Virus record (IMG/VR): IMGVR_UViG_3300017649_000007
Coordinates: 1-41,507 of that record
Source of the DNA: a virus
Taxonomy: Duplodnaviria; Caudoviricetes
Direction: 5' to 3' (one strand)
DNA length: 41,507 nucleotides
Part shown: positions 1 through 9,702 of the stretch, one piece after another
Position numbering within the stretch: the first letter of the stretch is position 1
Layout of the letters: the number at the start of each line of letters is the position of its first letter
Notes under the pieces: generated by a model
The model's database searches: none
Told to the model about the DNA's origin: nothing
The model's input: only the letters and a program-made list of their open reading frames with translations
Made by a program: the position numbers and the translations under genes

Positions 1-155
1 TCCCCGTTTCCCGCCGCTCAGAAATTGGGACCCCCTCTCCGCCAAATCCGTTGGGAGGTAGCGGGTTCGGGGCAGCAGGACCGCCAATTTTGATAGCTCT
101 GAGCTGCGAGGATGCGATGTTCAGCCGGAAAGCTAAGGTAGGCAAGGAGAGCCGA

Positions 156-839
156 GTGAGCACACAGTCACCCCAGGTCGAACCCGACCCGGAACACATG
201 CAGCCTCACGTCCATGTCGCGCCAAGTGCCTTGGCAGGCAGTGGGGATGCGGAGCCCGATGGCCCACAGTTGCTTTGGGTCCATCCGACGCACCTGAACC
301 TGTATCACAGGAACCCTCGACGCGGGAAGCCTGACGAGATCGCCAAGAGCCTCCGCGCCAACGGGCAGTACAAGCCCATCGTCGTCAACAAGGGCACGTT
401 CACGAACAGGCCGTGGGAAGTGTTGGCAGGCAATCACACCCTGATCGCCTTCCGCGACCTGCTCCAAGCCGAGCCGCACGACGTGCGATGGCAGAAGATC
501 CTGGTTCACCTCGTGGACGTGGACGATGATCGCGCGGCGCGGATCGTGGCGGCTGACAACCGCACGGCGGATCTTGGCGACTACGATCAGGACGCGCTGC
601 GTGACCTGTTGACCGGCCTCGACGGCGACCTGTTCGGCACCGGCTACGAGGACGCTGACCTGGCAAAGCTGTTGGGCGGCGACGACATCGGTGACGAGGG
701 TCCCATCTCGGGTGATGCTGAGACGGGGGAGACCCCGCGCACCTTCGGTGTCGTGGTGGAGTGCGAGACGGAAGCGCAGCAGGTCGCCTTGCTGGAACAG
801 CTTGAGGCTGAAGGCTTCAACGTGCGGGCGCTGATGTGA
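156..839 (+). CDS. ParB/Srx-like N-terminal domain protein
   Basis: Motifs NPRRG..EIAKSL..NGQYKPIVVN, VLAGNHT and ADNRTADL are typical of phage ParB-like domains. GTG at 156 follows AAGGAG (144-149); the ORF track starts at 51. Confidence 0.8.
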   Translation: MSTQSPQVEPDPEHMQPHVHVAPSALAGSGDAEPDGPQLLWVHPTHLNLYHRNPRRGKPDEIAKSLRANGQYKPIVVNKGTFTNRPWEVLAGNHTLIAFRDLLQAEPHDVRWQKILVHLVDVDDDRAARIVAADNRTADLGDYDQDALRDLLTGLDGDLFGTGYEDADLAKLLGGDDIGDEGPISGDAETGETPRTFGVVVECETEAQQVALLEQLEAEGFNVRALM

Positions 840-840
840 C

Positions 841-1950
841 ATGAAGGCTGACATCACCCTCACCGTCGAGCCACCGCGATCAGCGCGGGCGCGGCAGGTG
901 TCGGGCCTCTTCGATGTGTCGTTGGATGAGAAGCTGACGGCAAGCTGGAGCCATGATCTGCCCATCGAGCAGCAGGACTGGCAGGTGGGCCTGATCGTCG
1001 GCCCGTCTGGCGCTGGCAAGTCGGTGCTGGCGAATCGACTGTGGCCCAACATGGTCCGCGAATCGCTCGACTGGAGCGACAGGGCGATCATCGAGCACTT
1101 CCCTGCCGACATGAGCATCCACGACGTGACGGGCCTGCTCACGTCCGTTGGGTTCGGCAGCGTGCCCGCGTGGCTGCGTCCGTACTCGACCCTGTCGAAC
1201 GGTGAGCGGTTCCGCGCCGACATGGCTCGCCTGATTGCCGAGTCGAGCGACGACGATATCGTGGTGGTGGACGAGTTCACGAGCGTTGTTGACCGGCAGG
1301 TGGCTCGCGTTGCCTCCCATAGTGTTCAGAAGGCCATCCGGCGCAGCGGTCGGCGGTTCGTGGCGGTGACCTGCCACTACGACGTGATCGACTGGCTACA
1401 GCCCGATTGGGTCTACGACGTCGGCAGCCAATCGTTCGCCTGGAGGTCGGTTCAACCCCGGCCAGGCATGCGATTCGAGATCTATGAGGCGAGTCCGCGC
1501 GACTGGCCGGTGTTTGCTCGACACCACTATCTGACAAGCGAATTGTCAAAGGCCGCAAGGTGTTTCACAGCGTGGCTCGACGGCGACCTGTGCGGGTTTA
1601 CCTCCTACCTGCACTTCCCGCACCCGAAGACGCGGAGCATCAAGATTGCTCACCGGATCGTGGTGCTGCCCGACTATCAGGGGCTCGGGATCGCCTCGCG
1701 CATGAACGACTGGACCGGGGAATACCTTGCGGCACGAGGCTATCGGTATCGCGTGGTCTCCGCGCACCCGGCCATGATCGGGATGTTCATGCGGAGCCCG
1801 CGCTGGAGGGAGTGTGGACGCGCCAAAGGCGTTGCCACCTCGAAGAAGTCGATTATGAAGGCGGCGAACCTATCCTCACGCCGTCTGGCTGTGCGCTCGT
1901 TCGAGTACCAGCCACCGGCTGAAGGGAAATCCAATGGCAGGCAACAGTAA
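841..1950 (+). CDS. ABC-type ATPase fused to C-terminal GNAT acetyltransferase (putative DNA-modification enzyme)
   Basis: Walker A GPSGAGKS, ABC signature LSNGE, Walker B VVVDEF, H-switch TCHYD; GNAT motif A RIVVLPDYQGLGIA. Confidence 0.85.
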   Translation: MKADITLTVEPPRSARARQVSGLFDVSLDEKLTASWSHDLPIEQQDWQVGLIVGPSGAGKSVLANRLWPNMVRESLDWSDRAIIEHFPADMSIHDVTGLLTSVGFGSVPAWLRPYSTLSNGERFRADMARLIAESSDDDIVVVDEFTSVVDRQVARVASHSVQKAIRRSGRRFVAVTCHYDVIDWLQPDWVYDVGSQSFAWRSVQPRPGMRFEIYEASPRDWPVFARHHYLTSELSKAARCFTAWLDGDLCGFTSYLHFPHPKTRSIKIAHRIVVLPDYQGLGIASRMNDWTGEYLAARGYRYRVVSAHPAMIGMFMRSPRWRECGRAKGVATSKKSIMKAANLSSRRLAVRSFEYQPPAEGKSNGRQQ

Positions 1951-2452
1951 CAGCGGGCGCAGGCCGAAGCCCGCACCGCTCAAGCTGATCGAAGGGCGGG
2001 GGAACGGTCGTGACAGCGGCGGTCGCAAGGTGCCGACCCCGCCCATGTTCACGCGCATCCCGCCCGAGAAGCCGGATCACTTGACGCCCTACGCATCTGA
2101 GATCTGGGACCGGATCGTGCAGGACCTGCCCAAGCTGGGCCTGCTCAAAGAGGTCGACGGCCCGTCACTGGAGATGCTGTGCGAGACGTACAGCCGGTGG
2201 CGCGTGGCTGTTGAGATGCGCATGGCCGCACAGAAACAGGCACCGGGCACGAAGGGTCTCATTGCGAAGAACAGCCAGGGCTTCGTGATCGCACCGTGGG
2301 TGAACGCAGAGACTCAGGCGTCCAAAGAGTTCCGCGCCTGGTGCGCCGAGTACGGCCTGACCCCGGCTGCCGAGATGAAGCTCGCCATGCCGACCGGCGA
2401 CGACGAGGGGGACATGAATCCCTTTGCGGGACCGCAAGGGAAGGCTGAGTGA
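1934..2452 (+). CDS. terS: Terminase small subunit, P27 family
   Basis: N-terminal GRRPKPAPLKLIEG..GRDSGGR and C-terminal EYGLTPAA; lies upstream of TerL. Confidence 0.85.
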   Translation: MAGNSNSGRRPKPAPLKLIEGRGNGRDSGGRKVPTPPMFTRIPPEKPDHLTPYASEIWDRIVQDLPKLGLLKEVDGPSLEMLCETYSRWRVAVEMRMAAQKQAPGTKGLIAKNSQGFVIAPWVNAETQASKEFRAWCAEYGLTPAAEMKLAMPTGDDEGDMNPFAGPQGKAE

Positions 2453-2667
2453 TGGCCGTCCCGCAGAAGGGCTGGAAGCTGCCCGTGAGCCCGCGCCGCT
2501 CGCCGTACTGCGATGGGTCGGGACGCGAACTGGCGCTTGAAGTTCCGCCCCCCGCTGTGTCCATCAAGCGGGCCACGTGCCCGGTATGTGGGCACATCGT
2601 GGTTGTCGAGCGCAACAAGCTTGTGCGCCACTGGTGGCCGCACGAACGCCACTCTCGGGAGGTCTGA
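2449..2667 (+). CDS. Small putative Zn-binding protein
   Basis: CDGSG...CPVC...H..H pattern; GTGA overlap with the terS stop. Confidence 0.6.
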   Translation: MMAVPQKGWKLPVSPRRSPYCDGSGRELALEVPPPAVSIKRATCPVCGHIVVVERNKLVRHWWPHERHSREV

Positions 2668-2670
2668 CCA

Positions 2671-3063
2671 ATGGCAAACATCGTCAAGTACGTCACGAAG
2701 CTGGACCGGCACATCGAGTTGCTTGGTTCGGCGGCGCGAACGGCATCGCCGGATACCGTTGAGCTGCGTGGCATTCCGCAGGGCACGCGCGGCCTGATCG
2801 TCGTGCTCAACGCCACCGTGAAGGGTGACTCGCCTTCGGTCACGATGAAGATTCAGGGCGTCGACGCGATCACGGGTGCGACCTGGGATATCATCAGCGC
2901 CACAGCGCTCACCGATATCGGCACTCGGGTGTTGCGTGTGGGCAATATCGCTACGGCCAGCAACGTTGCCGCCAACGACCTTGTGCCGAGCGCTGTTCGG
3001 GTAACCTGCACGGCGAACTCTGCCGACTCGTTGACGTACAGCGTGACAGCGCAACTGGTGTGA
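2671..3063 (+). CDS. Hypothetical beta-rich protein, possibly virion-associated
   Basis: GGAGG RBS; tightly packed between neighbours; Thr/Ala/Val-rich. Confidence 0.65.
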   Translation: MANIVKYVTKLDRHIELLGSAARTASPDTVELRGIPQGTRGLIVVLNATVKGDSPSVTMKIQGVDAITGATWDIISATALTDIGTRVLRVGNIATASNVAANDLVPSAVRVTCTANSADSLTYSVTAQLV

Positions 3064-3070
3064 CCTCGAC

Positions 3071-4849
3071 ATGGCACCCAAGAGCCAAGACCCTTGGGAC
3101 GCAGCCGATCTCGAAGAGCTGAAGATAAGCCCCGAAGTCGCGTACTACATGAAGTCACGCGGCTTCGGGGTTCCCGACTGCCCGCCCCTGATCAAAACCC
3201 CGGAGCCTGGCTACGTCAGGGTTCCCGAAGCGCGCAAGTGCCGATTCGACTGCGACAGAGTTGATCACGTGATCCTGGCCTTCCGTCAGTTGCGGCACAC
3301 GAAGGGCCGCATGGCAGGCCAGGTGTTCGAGCCTGACCCGTGGCAGATCGCCTACGTGATCGCACCGTGGGCCGGTTGGGTCTGGCCGTCGCCCGATACG
3401 GGCGAGTACGTCCGCGTCATAACCACTCTGTACGTTGATCTTCCGCGTAAGAACGGCAAGACGACGCTGGCCGGTGGCATCGCCCTCTACATGACGGCGG
3501 CTGACGGAGAACAGGGCGCACAGGTGCTCGCCGCCGCGACGACGAAAGAGCAGGCGCAGTTCGTGTTCGAACCGATGCGCAAGCTCGTCTTCAAGTCACC
3601 CGGCCTGCGACGGTATCTGAAGGCTACCAAGGGTTCTATCTCGCACTCGCTCAGCGGCTCCTACTTCAAGCCGATTGCGAGTGCTGGTGACGCCCAGCAC
3701 GGCGCAGACATCCACGCCGGGATCGTGGACGAGCTGCACCTGCACAAGACGCCAGATCTCATCGACGCCTTGGAGACTGGCACCGGCTCTCGACTTCAGC
3801 CGCTCATGATGTTCATCACGACGGCTGACGCTGGCAAGCGAAACACCCCGTACGACAAGAGACGTTCCCGCATCGAGCAATTGGCGCGCGGTGTGCTGAA
3901 AGATCCGACCACCTATGGCGTGATCTTCGCCGCCGAACGACCCGAGTACAAAGACGGCGTGCTCATCAAGGGTGACGACCCGTTCGCCAAAGAGACTCTG
4001 CGGAAAGCAAACCCAGGTGCAGGCGTCAGTCCTACGTGGCGCTACCTCATGCAGGAGGCCGAGACGGCCAAAGAGAGTCCTGCGCAATACGCACGCTATC
4101 TGCGTCTGCATCTGGGCATCCGCACCAAACAGGAAACCCGGTTCCTCGATGTCGACACCTGGGACGCCAACGCGGGAATCGTTGTCCCAGAACGACTCAA
4201 GGGCAAGCGCTGCTTCGGCGGGCTCGACCTGGGTTCAACGTCCGACCTCACGGCGTTCGTGCTGGTGTTCCCGGACGATGAGCGCGGCGGGTTCGATGTC
4301 CTGGCCTGGCACTGGTGCCCGGAGGAAACCATCGAAGACCTGGACCGGCGCACTGCGGATGCTGCGTCGACAGAATGGGTTCCGAACGGCTGGCTCCGCA
4401 CAACACCTGGCGCTGTGACCGACTACGAGTTCATCAAGACGCAGATCCTCGACGCGCTCGACACCTACGACGTCCAAGAGATTGCGTTCGACCCTTGGCA
4501 CTCAGTGCAGTTGGTGACCGACCTCATAAACGAGGGAGCGCCGATGGTCGGTATGCGGCAGGGCTACTCGACAATGTCTGCTCCCACAAAGGATCTCGAC
4601 CGGGTCCTGAAGATGGGTGCGCAAGAGGTTGAGGGCACGCTGAAACCCCTTATGCGGCACGGGGGAAACCCGCTACTGCGCTGGGAGGTCGACAACTTCG
4701 CGGTGCAGATCGACGCAGCGGGAAACGTGAAGCCAGACAAGGCGAACGCCGGTGACAAGATCGACGGCGTTGTTGCCCTGATCATGGCGCTGGGTCGCGC
4801 AATGGCCGCGCTGTCCGACAACCAAGTGCCTTGGGCCGCTTGGGTGTAA
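3071..4849 (+). CDS. terL: Terminase large subunit
   Basis: Walker A PRKNGKTT, Walker B GIVDELH, nuclease motifs GGLDLGSTSDLTA and KIDGVVA. Confidence 0.95.
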   Translation: MAPKSQDPWDAADLEELKISPEVAYYMKSRGFGVPDCPPLIKTPEPGYVRVPEARKCRFDCDRVDHVILAFRQLRHTKGRMAGQVFEPDPWQIAYVIAPWAGWVWPSPDTGEYVRVITTLYVDLPRKNGKTTLAGGIALYMTAADGEQGAQVLAAATTKEQAQFVFEPMRKLVFKSPGLRRYLKATKGSISHSLSGSYFKPIASAGDAQHGADIHAGIVDELHLHKTPDLIDALETGTGSRLQPLMMFITTADAGKRNTPYDKRRSRIEQLARGVLKDPTTYGVIFAAERPEYKDGVLIKGDDPFAKETLRKANPGAGVSPTWRYLMQEAETAKESPAQYARYLRLHLGIRTKQETRFLDVDTWDANAGIVVPERLKGKRCFGGLDLGSTSDLTAFVLVFPDDERGGFDVLAWHWCPEETIEDLDRRTADAASTEWVPNGWLRTTPGAVTDYEFIKTQILDALDTYDVQEIAFDPWHSVQLVTDLINEGAPMVGMRQGYSTMSAPTKDLDRVLKMGAQEVEGTLKPLMRHGGNPLLRWEVDNFAVQIDAAGNVKPDKANAGDKIDGVVALIMALGRAMAALSDNQVPWAAWV

Positions 4850-4863
4850 CTAGGAGGTTTGAA

Positions 4864-5052
4864 GTGAGGTTCCGAGACCATCGCATGACGCTTGCGAAGG
4901 ACTCCGCTCTGGTCCTTGAGATCCCGAAAGAGATCGACGTGACCGTGATGGCTACGCCCCGCGTGAAGGCGCTCCATCCGTTCAACGCGAACCGTTTCAG
5001 GCCGGTGCCGAATCGCAAGGCGCGGCGTGCTGCCCGAAAGGCGAGCAAGTGA
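4864..5052 (+). CDS. Small basic hypothetical protein
   Basis: AGGAGG RBS before GTG 4864; stop overlaps the next start (GTGA). Confidence 0.6.
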   Translation: MRFRDHRMTLAKDSALVLEIPKEIDVTVMATPRVKALHPFNANRFRPVPNRKARRAARKASK

Positions 5053-5267
5053 CCGCACGTGGTGCCGTCCCGCTCGTCGCTGTGGGCCTGGCGTTGTTCG
5101 TCTACGGCATCTATCTGTTGGGTGGACTGCCTTGGGCGGCAATCGCTACCGGCCTGCTCGTGATCATCCTGGCGCTGCTGCTCTACGACCCGGACGCCCA
5201 GCCTGCCCGTCGTACCCAGGGCCAGCGCAAGGGCCGACTTCGATTGGTAGGTAAGACGGGCTCATGA
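5049..5267 (+). CDS. Small membrane protein with two TM segments
   Basis: Two hydrophobic stretches; coupled overlaps on both sides; common position just before the portal gene. Confidence 0.7.
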   Translation: MTARGAVPLVAVGLALFVYGIYLLGGLPWAAIATGLLVIILALLLYDPDAQPARRTQGQRKGRLRLVGKTGS

Positions 5268-6757
5268 ACCTACTCTCGCGCCTGTTGGGCAGAAGCTCTC
5301 GATCCACGTTCGACATTCAGACGGTTGACGACTACGCAAAGCTGCTAACGGAATTCGCGTTCAACGGCGGCGCGTTCGGTATCGGCGGCGGGCTTCAACA
5401 GACGCAGGTAGGTACGGCGACTGAGAAGCCAGCCCCGAACTTCGTCGCGCTCAGTCAACAGGCTTACGGTGCTTGCGGTCCCGTGTTCAGCTGCATGCTC
5501 GTGCGGATGCTGGTGTTCTCCAGCGTCCGCTTTGAGTGGCAACGGCTTCGGCAGGGCAAGCCGTCTGACACGTTCGCCAACGACCGGCAGTTGCGGATTC
5601 TTCAGCGGCCCTGGCAGAACGGCAACACCCAAGATCTGCTGATCCGCATGATTCAGGACGCCGACCTGGCGGGGAACTCCTACTGGTACAAAGACACCAA
5701 CCTTGCCACGCTCGGGACCCAATCTCCCAAAGCGGAACTGGTGCGGCTGCGCCCAGACTGGGTTGAGCTGATCCTGGAGCCCCGCATCATTCGCGGCGGC
5801 GATCTGGGGAGCGGGCAGGTCGGCTGGCGGAAGCTGGGATACCTTTACACCGAAGGTGGTCCGCAGCCCGAGAAAAAGGCCGTCGCACTGCTGCCCGACG
5901 AGGTCTGCCACTTCATGCCGATCCCGGACCCGCTGGCGAACTTTCGCGGAATGTCTTGGCTGACACCAGTTCTTCGGGAGATTCAAGCTGATCACGCGAT
6001 GATCCGGCACCAGCGGAAGTTCTTCGACAACGCGGCCACGCCGAACATGGTGGTCAAGTACACCAACACGAACATGACCCCCGAGAAGTTCCAAGCGTGG
6101 CGTGAGCTGCTGGACACTGGCAGCAAGGGCATCGAGAACGCTTACAAGACACTGCATCTGGCACCAGGAGCGGAGCCGGTCGCGGTCGGCTTCAACATGA
6201 AAGACATCGACTTCAAGCTGATCCGGGACGGCGGGGAGACGCGCATCGCCGCCGCCGCTGGTGTCCCGCCCGTGATCGCGGGGTTCAGTGAAGGTCTCGG
6301 TGCCGCAACGTATTCCAACTACTCGCAGGCTCGACGCCGATTCGCTGACGGCACAATGCATCCCTTGTGGGAGAACGTCGCCGGATCGCTTGAGGACCTG
6401 CTCGACCCGCCCGACGATGCTCGACTGTGGTACGTCGCCAAGGATGTGCCGTTCCTCCGCGAGGACCAAAAGGACGCGGCGCTTATCGCCAAAACCGAAG
6501 CGGAGACTATCAACTCGCTCATCACTGCTGGCTACAAGGCAGACAGCGTGACCCAGGCCGTGATCGCACAGGACTGGAGCATGTTGCAGCACAGCGGCCT
6601 GATGAGCGTCCAACTCTTGCCGCCCGGTTCTGTCAAGAGCCCCAAGCCCGGTGGCAGTGAAACCGTGAGCAGAGATCGGATCGTTGAGCTGCCCGATGGA
6701 CAGTTCGGCATCGTGGTCGATACGGAAGGGAACACTGATGAGCACCACGACGATTGA
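5264..6757 (+). CDS. Portal protein (HK97-type)
   Basis: GNSY, RLRPD, GMSWL, FFDNAATP and IAAAAGVPP motifs; synteny after TerL. Confidence 0.92.
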   Translation: MNLLSRLLGRSSRSTFDIQTVDDYAKLLTEFAFNGGAFGIGGGLQQTQVGTATEKPAPNFVALSQQAYGACGPVFSCMLVRMLVFSSVRFEWQRLRQGKPSDTFANDRQLRILQRPWQNGNTQDLLIRMIQDADLAGNSYWYKDTNLATLGTQSPKAELVRLRPDWVELILEPRIIRGGDLGSGQVGWRKLGYLYTEGGPQPEKKAVALLPDEVCHFMPIPDPLANFRGMSWLTPVLREIQADHAMIRHQRKFFDNAATPNMVVKYTNTNMTPEKFQAWRELLDTGSKGIENAYKTLHLAPGAEPVAVGFNMKDIDFKLIRDGGETRIAAAAGVPPVIAGFSEGLGAATYSNYSQARRRFADGTMHPLWENVAGSLEDLLDPPDDARLWYVAKDVPFLREDQKDAALIAKTEAETINSLITAGYKADSVTQAVIAQDWSMLQHSGLMSVQLLPPGSVKSPKPGGSETVSRDRIVELPDGQFGIVVDTEGNTDEHHDD

Positions 6758-7706
6758 GCGCCGGACGGGTCGCCCGTCCGCTATAGGTGAGCGTCAGTCG
6801 CCGTTCGCGTTGCGGGCCGACGACGACGAAGAACTAGACGGCTGGACACTCGACGGCTACGGCGCAGTCTTCAACAGGGAGACGGTCATTGACTCTTGGG
6901 AGGGTCGCTTCCGAGAGGTGATCGCCAACGGGTCGATGAAAAAGAGTTTCCGCGAGAGCCCGCCGATTGTGCAGTTCGACCACGGTCGGCACCCGCTGAT
7001 CGGCTCATGGCCCATCGCGGAACTCCTGTCGGTGCGCGAAGATTCAGACCCGGAGCGTGCCCCCGAGGGCGGCGCTCACCTGATGGCGCGGATGTTTGAG
7101 CACCTGTTCTTCGAGCCGCTGCGCATGGCGATCCGTGCGAAGGCGATCAAAGGCATGAGCTTCCGTTTCGAGGTGGTGCGCGAAGAGTGGCGCACCGCTG
7201 ACGGCAAGCTGATTCGGGACGACGAGCAGTTGTTCCAAGCACTCAGGGAGACCTGGGATTACAGCGTCCCCACCGAAGACCTGCCGGTTCGCACGCTCAA
7301 AGAACTCAGGGTGTCCGAGATGGGTCCCGTTGTGTGGCCTGCATATTCGGACACCAGCATTGGCATTCGGTCGGTCGACCTTGACCGCCTGCCCCACGAC
7401 CGCGAGGCCCAGCGCGCGGTCATTCACAAGCTTTTCGCCGCTTCGCTGGCGAAGAGGTCGGAGGACAACTCCGAACCGAACACACAGTCCCAGAGTGAGG
7501 TTGCGCCGCAAGCCACACGTGATGCAGATGCATCAGGTGCCGGGGAGCACCCAGCCGAACTCAACGACGCGCCGCAAGCCACAGGCTCAGAGCAGCCTGC
7601 CGGGGAGCACCCGTCGTCACGCGGTCTCCGTGCCGATCAGATGGTCGCACTGAGATCCATCCGTCAAATGGTGCATGAAATTCAGCTGCGAAAGGAACAG
7701 TCATGA
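6738..7706 (+). CDS. Prohead (capsid maturation) protease, HK97 family
   Basis: GYGAVFN, QFDHG, GMSFRF and E.GPV.WPAY motifs; ATG 6738 follows GAAGGG. The C-terminal extension has a duplicated APQAT...GEHP motif. Confidence 0.9.
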   Translation: MSTTTIERRTGRPSAIGERQSPFALRADDDEELDGWTLDGYGAVFNRETVIDSWEGRFREVIANGSMKKSFRESPPIVQFDHGRHPLIGSWPIAELLSVREDSDPERAPEGGAHLMARMFEHLFFEPLRMAIRAKAIKGMSFRFEVVREEWRTADGKLIRDDEQLFQALRETWDYSVPTEDLPVRTLKELRVSEMGPVVWPAYSDTSIGIRSVDLDRLPHDREAQRAVIHKLFAASLAKRSEDNSEPNTQSQSEVAPQATRDADASGAGEHPAELNDAPQATGSEQPAGEHPSSRGLRADQMVALRSIRQMVHEIQLRKEQS

Positions 7707-9280
7707 GCACCAATGCAACTGGCACGCCGGATAGTGGCGACAAGCCCGCCGAGCGCTCTGCCCTTCAGATGACCTACACCCAGGCCATCAATCGCATCCA
7801 AGAGATCGAAGCTCGCATGACCGAGCTGTCCGAACTCGACAGCCTCACTCCCGAGCTGGATGCGGAGTTCCGCGAACTGCGGGACGAAGCGTTCCTCGTG
7901 GACGAGCACCGCAAGCGTCTTGAACGCGCCGACGATCTGGCGAAGATCAAGAGCGTTCGCGGCCAGGCCGATTCGGCGATTCGCACTCGCGGGATTCGTG
8001 TTGCCCCTGGCACAACCGTGTCGAGCGGCTACGACGACTACGACCGTGACTCCATCCTGGAGCCAGACTCCGTGGAGGACCGTCGATTCCGTGACCCGTG
8101 GAACCTCACCGAGGTTCGTCAGTACGGACGCCCCGCTGGCGAGCTGGGCGGCGAGCTGCGTGCTCGCGCCCTGTCGGCCATCGAGAAGATGCCCGTGGCG
8201 AGCGACCGGATTCGTGCGCGCGCAACGGAGATCATCGAGCAGTTCGACAGCAAGGATGCTCGTCTGTCGCGGCACGTCCTGCTGACCTCGAAGCCCGCGT
8301 ACGTGCGGGCCTGGTCGAAGCTGGCTCTGAACCGGCAGCACACGTTGACCGCCGAAGAGCAGCGCGCCCTTGCGGATGTGGAAGAGTACCGGGCGATGTC
8401 CCTCACGGACTCCGCTGGCGGGTATCTCGTTCCCTTCCAGCTCGATCCGACCCTGATCGTGACCAGCGCCGGTGTCCGCAACGACATCCGGCAGATCGCC
8501 CGTCAGGTGGTCGCCACCGGCGACGTGTGGAACGGCGTGTCGAGTGCCCATGTTTCGTGGTCGTTCGACGCGGAAGGCTCTCAGGTCAGCGATGATTCGC
8601 CGACCTTCGGGCAGCCGTCGATTCCGAACCACATGGCCCGAGGCTTCGTGCCGATCTCCATTGAGGCGTCGATGGATGAAGCCAACGTGGCCCAGGAAGT
8701 CGGTCGCCTGCTCGCGGGCGGCAAGACCGATCTGGAAGGTTCGGTGCTGATAACCGGCGACGGCTCCGGTAAGCCGACCGGCATTGTGACGGCCCTGGCG
8801 GCATCTTCGCCGTCCGTGGTCGTCCCGGCTGCAACTGATGACACCTTCGCCATTGGCGATGTCTACAAGTTGCAGGGCGCACTACCCGCTCGCTATCGGG
8901 CCAACGCATCCTGGCTGGCGAACAACTTGATCTACAACATCGTTCGCGGCTTCGATGACTACGGTGGCGGCTCGTTCTGGGCCGACATGAACGATGACCG
9001 TCCTGCCCGTCTGCTGGGTCGCCCGGCTCTCGAAGCCGAAGCGATGGACGGGACTATCGACACCACTGGCGCGGCGAACAACTACGCCATGATCTTCGGC
9101 GATTTCGAGAACTTCGTGATCACGGATCGCCTGGGCATGGCCGTCGAGTTCCTGCCGCATCTCGTGGGTGCCGATCACCGTCCGACCGGCCAACGTGGTT
9201 GGTTCGCCTACTACCGCATCGGTTCTGACTCCGTCAACGACGGCGCGTTCCGCATGCTGAACGTGGCGAGCGCCAGCTAG
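7703..9280 (+). CDS. Major capsid protein, HK97 fold, with long N-terminal scaffold (delta) domain
   Basis: Coiled-coil N-terminus; RAMSLTDSAGGYLVP, GDGSGKPTGI, LLGRP and FGDF motifs. Confidence 0.93.
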   Translation: MSTNATGTPDSGDKPAERSALQMTYTQAINRIQEIEARMTELSELDSLTPELDAEFRELRDEAFLVDEHRKRLERADDLAKIKSVRGQADSAIRTRGIRVAPGTTVSSGYDDYDRDSILEPDSVEDRRFRDPWNLTEVRQYGRPAGELGGELRARALSAIEKMPVASDRIRARATEIIEQFDSKDARLSRHVLLTSKPAYVRAWSKLALNRQHTLTAEEQRALADVEEYRAMSLTDSAGGYLVPFQLDPTLIVTSAGVRNDIRQIARQVVATGDVWNGVSSAHVSWSFDAEGSQVSDDSPTFGQPSIPNHMARGFVPISIEASMDEANVAQEVGRLLAGGKTDLEGSVLITGDGSGKPTGIVTALAASSPSVVVPAATDDTFAIGDVYKLQGALPARYRANASWLANNLIYNIVRGFDDYGGGSFWADMNDDRPARLLGRPALEAEAMDGTIDTTGAANNYAMIFGDFENFVITDRLGMAVEFLPHLVGADHRPTGQRGWFAYYRIGSDSVNDGAFRMLNVASAS

Positions 9281-9291
9281 TCGGAAAGCTA

Positions 9292-9333
9292 GGGGCGGCA
9301 AGGGGTTCCGTACGCCTTTCCCCTTGCCGCCCC
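9292..9333 (+). terminator. Stem-loop after capsid gene (terminator or mRNA stabiliser)
   Basis: Perfect 14-bp inverted repeat GGGGCGGCAAGGGG/CCCCTTGCCGCCCC; the U-tract is weak. Confidence 0.6.
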
Positions 9334-9360
9334 GCTTAATCCCGTTGGGAGACAAAACAA

Positions 9361-9702
9361 ATGGCAGTGCTACGAGCGAAGACAGCGTTCTCCTACACCG
9401 ACCGCAACGGGGTTTCCCGGCTGGTCAAGGTGGGGGACCTGTTGAACGACAACGATCCCGACGTTGCCAAGCGTCGTCACCTTTTCGTGCCCGTCGAGGA
9501 ACACGTCGAGGTGGTCGAGCGGAGGCGCGTCGGCACACCCCTCATGGAAACCGCTACGGCAGAACCCTCTTCGCGTCGGTCACTGTCGCGGTCGAGAGGG
9601 CGCAAGGGCAGCGAGCCCGCCGAGCCGGTCGCTCCGGTGGTCCAGCCGGTGGTCGAGCCGGTGGCTGAGCCCGTTGCCGAGACCTCCACGGAAACGGAGT
9701 GA
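9361..9702 (+). CDS. Hypothetical head-region protein
   Basis: GGAG RBS; low-complexity EPV-repeat C-terminus. Confidence 0.7.
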   Translation: MAVLRAKTAFSYTDRNGVSRLVKVGDLLNDNDPDVAKRRHLFVPVEEHVEVVERRRVGTPLMETATAEPSSRRSLSRSRGRKGSEPAEPVAPVVQPVVEPVAEPVAETSTETE

